Positions 60,241-64,000 of a stretch of 64,000 nucleotides of DNA are shown here, one piece after another (the stretch's first letter is position 1; each line of letters starts with the position of its first letter). Source of the DNA: Lepidodermella squamata (Eukaryota > Animalia > Gastrotricha); the NCBI GenBank assembly GCA_047495785.1, contig JBLDXI010000033.1, positions 1,364,001-1,428,000 of the forward strand, read 5' to 3'. The notes below the pieces were generated by a model. The model ran no database searches and was not told where the DNA came from. It saw nothing but the letters and a program-made list of their open reading frames with translations. The translations under genes and the position numbers were made by a program.

Positions 60241-62209
60241 TGGAAAAAGGTAGGTCCAATAAATTATTCAGAAATCGCCTCAAAAATCGATTTAGTTTTT
60301 TTCTCATTATTCGATTCCTGGAATTTGTCGAAAATTGTTTAAAAATTCATTTCATTCAAATCCTCAGTGCAAATTTAATAATTATCAGGAGTTGGGACTG
60401 TATTTTACCGCTCGGCTGATGAACTTTTCAACACTTTCGCGAAACGGAACTTGCAGCTTATATAATAGCAAAAAATCCGGACAATACGAGCAGCGGCTCA
60501 GGCTGCACAATGTTGATTTACAGCGGCGGAAACATCGGCTCCTTGTTTTGCGAGAAGTTGAGAAATTGAAAAGAAATAAAGAGCCTCGATTGAAAACACA
60601 CAGCAGCCGAGAACAGTATAGCCGAAAGCCTTTTATGCCAGGCCTGTCATCCTTGTAATTCGATTTCCTGCTCAAACAACGTATTAGTTACATTGTTTGA
60701 GATCACTTACACGTTAAACGCGTCCTTGCCTACCACGTTGTTAAGTGCGCGCTTTGCTTCTACCTATGCCTAATATTGATGTTGCGTTATTTAAGGTGGC
60801 GGCATTGTGCGCGTTTTTATTCGAAGGCGCGGCTGCGGAACAAAGACGCGCCGCTCTTGAAGGCGCGGCTAAACATGTGTCCACCTTCCGCCGCTGCTGC
60901 GCTTGTACTTTGAACCATGCATCAGGTAAACAAACGAGCCGTATCATCTTCGCGCGTAATTACATAATAATAGGCTCGTCAGCTTAAAACTCATCGGCGT
61001 TTTTTTTCCAGTGTGTCGTGCGTGTCATCGTCGTATTTTTGCGGCCTCGCTTCGTTGATATAATAGCGCGCGGCGAGAAACTCACAATACGCGCGCCTCT
61101 CGAGTTGGAGACCAGCCTTTATCGCGAGCCGGCTATTTTTTTTTATTATAGCCTCAATCGAGCAGATTAATGTCACGCGTTCATATCGTACGCCTTAATA
61201 ACGAGCACTGCAATAATAAAATAGTGATAATATGCGACAAGGCGCGGTCGGTTCATGTTGATTCAGTTGCTGCTGCTGCTGCTGAGATGGCATTGCAAAA
61301 AACTGCGAAAAATAACTGACTGGTGATGAATCGCGCGAAAAACCGCGTTTTTTTGCCCCTTATTACTGTGAATAGGGTGCGTATATTAAGCTGGGTAATA
61401 TGCTACAGCGCCGGTTTTTTCCACTCACGTTATATTCAAATACCCTGGGGTTAGCTCATCATAACTAATCATCGCAGTTTGGTTTGAAATACCAACTACC
61501 TGTTCGCTCGCATGAATTCAGCTCCGTCAACAGGCCGAGCTTAACCCACATGAATGTGTGGAGCAGTTTTGCCATAAAACCTATATTAATAACTGAAAAC
61601 AGCGTTTCTCAGGAATTTTTCATCACTGTCTTGGATTTATTGATTTCATGGAATGGCTCCCTGGCGGGCTTTTACTCATCTACATAATTCAATTTATTGT
61701 AGTAGATCCCAGCTGAAAATTGTAGTTTTTTTCGGAATGAGAGAGCGATTGGGATTTTGGGAAAATCAGCGAAGATTTCGCCTTGAGGCTGAAGAAAAAT
61801 TAGTTCATGAGAATTAATTTCCTTTAATTATTATAAATTCCTCCTTAAAAATAGTCTTTTGCTTCATTTTTCGCGAGACAGCCATGGCCACTTGACTATA
61901 TCATCTCCACCCGGCATCTTTGTTTACCCATCATTTTTTGCTGCTAGTATAGGCTAGGCAAATGTTTGAGCTCATCTCGTAAAATAATCTACGGCGACAG
62001 GGGAAAAAAACATCGTCGAGCTATTTTCTTCGATTTTCCAATAAATAAACATAGCTATATGACTATGTATTATTAGGATTTTCATCTGGCTTGAATTCGG
62101 ATCTCGCGTTCTGATGGGCATTAGATGGTCAAATTGCTCGATTGGCTAGGAACTGGCGCCACAAAACACGGTTGTAACTGCGGTGCGGAGCCCGGCTTCG
62201 CAGCGCAGG

Positions 62210-64000
62210 ATGCCTAACCTAAACCGCTTCATTCTATACATTTTCCTGGCCATCGGTTACATTCTATCTGCGATAGTCCTGACTCTTTTCATCTATCAGC
62301 AAATCACATTTGATCAACAGCAACAAGTCTTAGTGAAGGATATCGAACGGTATCGAAAAGCTCTTCAGGAAGAACGCCTAGCCGCCAGTTTGACAACTAA
62401 TCCGCCGAAAATTACTGATGAACCTGGTCGAGTTGTGATAGGAAGTCGCTATGGCTTCGAAAATACGGCAACTAATGGTATCTTCATTAGCAATAGCGAT
62501 GACTGGCTGAGTAAGCTTCATCACGATCAAAACGAGATGACAAGAAGGTCCGGGGTCGAAGTTTCCCCGACCCGAGCTTCGTTCATAAAACCTGACGAGC
62601 TAATACGAACTTCTTCCCACGAAAAAACTCTGGATTTTCCTGTCGAAAAGCTGGAACTAGAACTGCCAGTATCGTCGTATTCAGGGGAGAGCATCGACTT
62701 AACAACTCCAATGGACAAGGTAAAACGTCCGTCGGGCGGGTTTTCGTCGGAAAAATTTGACGAAGAAGTTGCTACGACAGAGCATTTGCCGCAGACCACT
62801 GCTTCTCCAATGATCGTGATATCTGACCTATTCGAAGAGGCTGTTGTTCAAACAAAGCCGGTCGATCTTTCAACACTCCCTCAGTTGATTATAAATCGAG
62901 TTACTGAAGAACAAACTAGTCCGAAGACAACAACTAAGGAGGAATTTACAATAACTACAACTCAATCGACAGTCGAATTTTCTGGGATGTCGGTAACGCC
63001 TGAGTTGGCATTGAGCTCTCAAGGTTCTGGCAGTAGTCAAGAATCACTACGACCTAGTCGGTTATGTGAAAGTGAAGAGTGCGTCCTAGCTGCGTCGAAT
63101 ATTCTGAGGTTGATGAATCGAAAAGCTGATCCGTGTCAAGATTTTTACGAGTTCACGTGCGGCCGATATGGCGAGACTGCCCAGGATCAGCACATTAGCC
63201 CTCAGGCGGCTATGCATAGGTTCCCATCTCAAATTGAACAAACATGTGATTTTTGCTGAAAAAGGAGATGAATATGTTAATGATTTTTTGAAATTTTAGA
63301 TAAATTTCTCATCGAAAAAACTCTGGAACGTCAAACGTCCGCGAATCACATTCTGAACCCGCATGGCGGGTCGGATGCGACCGTTAAACTTCAAGACGAA
63401 TTTTTAGCTAAGCTGCGCGGCTTCTACGCTTCGTGCATGCATCAAACTTCTTTCAATAAGTACCTGACTGAACTTAAAAAGTTCCTATTCGGCGTTGGCA
63501 GTTATGCTGCAAGGTAACAACTTATATGACTGCAGACAAATCTTTAGACAAAATTTAAAAAAATCCGGAGAAATTTGGTTCAACCGGGTAAAAACCGAAA
63601 ATTACCGAACCAGTTACCATCGGGGGTTTCCGGATTTTCCCAGATAAATCTTCAGATAAATTTATTTGGTAAAATCGTAGATAAGGCATGGAAAATTCCC
63701 AAGTGGGCTTGATTTAAAAAAAATTATTTCAATTTCCAGAATATTTTTTGGCGGAACCAAATTTGGCTATTGCGGAACCTTATTCTAAATAAGCAAAAGG
63801 CCGCTTTTCGAATATTTCTACGAAATTAAGGAAATCTATGAATTCTTTAGTGAAGAATGCGTGTTTTACAGAATTTTTCGCCGAATTTAAAGATATTTTA
63901 TTTTACAATTTTCTGGTCAATCATATCCCTTGAAAATTTCAAAAAGTGGCTTCGAAAATTCGAATTTTTTTTTGGCTTCGAAAACAATGAAAATTCCAAA
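62210..64000 (+). CDS. M13 family (neprilysin/ECE-like) type II membrane peptidase, 5' part
   Basis: N-terminal TM, Ser/Thr-rich stalk, LCESEECV.AAS.IL..MN..ADPCQDFYEFTCG.Y; after intron 63246-63299, K...FYASCM. Runs off the window. Confidence 0.82.
63558..63735 (+). repeat. Diverged copy of the interior of the 54970-55342 MITE, in the peptidase intron
   Basis: Shared GGTAAAAACCGAAAAT.ACCGAA.CAGTTACCATCGGGG and ATTCCC..AGTGGGCTT blocks. Confidence 0.75.

Noticed and set aside
1-64000. Non-canonical spliceosomal introns or an alternative genetic code
   Set aside because: The junctions I reconstructed could be joined in frame with GT-AG and the standard code; only the cyclase break at 53500 could not, and it has no room for an intron.

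Overview
This is compact animal (invertebrate) genomic DNA, not prokaryotic. It has mostly 45-65 nt GT-AG introns, an initiator tRNA-Met and an interstitial (TTAGGG)n tract; the exact taxon cannot be read from the sequence. In order, the window holds: four tandem MECR/ETR-like enoyl reductase paralogs interspersed with transposon relics; a class A-like 7TM receptor (plus a truncated copy); an IgGFc-binding-protein-like/lectin locus; an EB-module surface protein; two 2OG-Fe(II) oxygenases; two DWF5-type sterol reductases; Shab/Kv2; a transmembrane adenylyl cyclase with an apparent frameshift; two PLAC8/cornifelin genes; and the 5' part of an M13 peptidase. The most interesting region is 16.3-28.5 kb. 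Three signal-peptide IgGFc-binding 'head' units all end on a phase-0 donor, and three phase-0 'tail' modules all start x-Cys. Head 2 has no adjacent tail and tail B has no head of its own. A stretch just downstream of donor 3 (23001-23071) is reverse-complementary both to the intron after head 2 (exact 17 nt) and to the region just upstream of tail B (about 70 nt, interrupted). This resembles a Dscam-like docking-site/selector system for combinatorial head-tail splicing. It is an inference that needs RNA data. All gene models were read by eye from translation and splice signals; no database searches were run.
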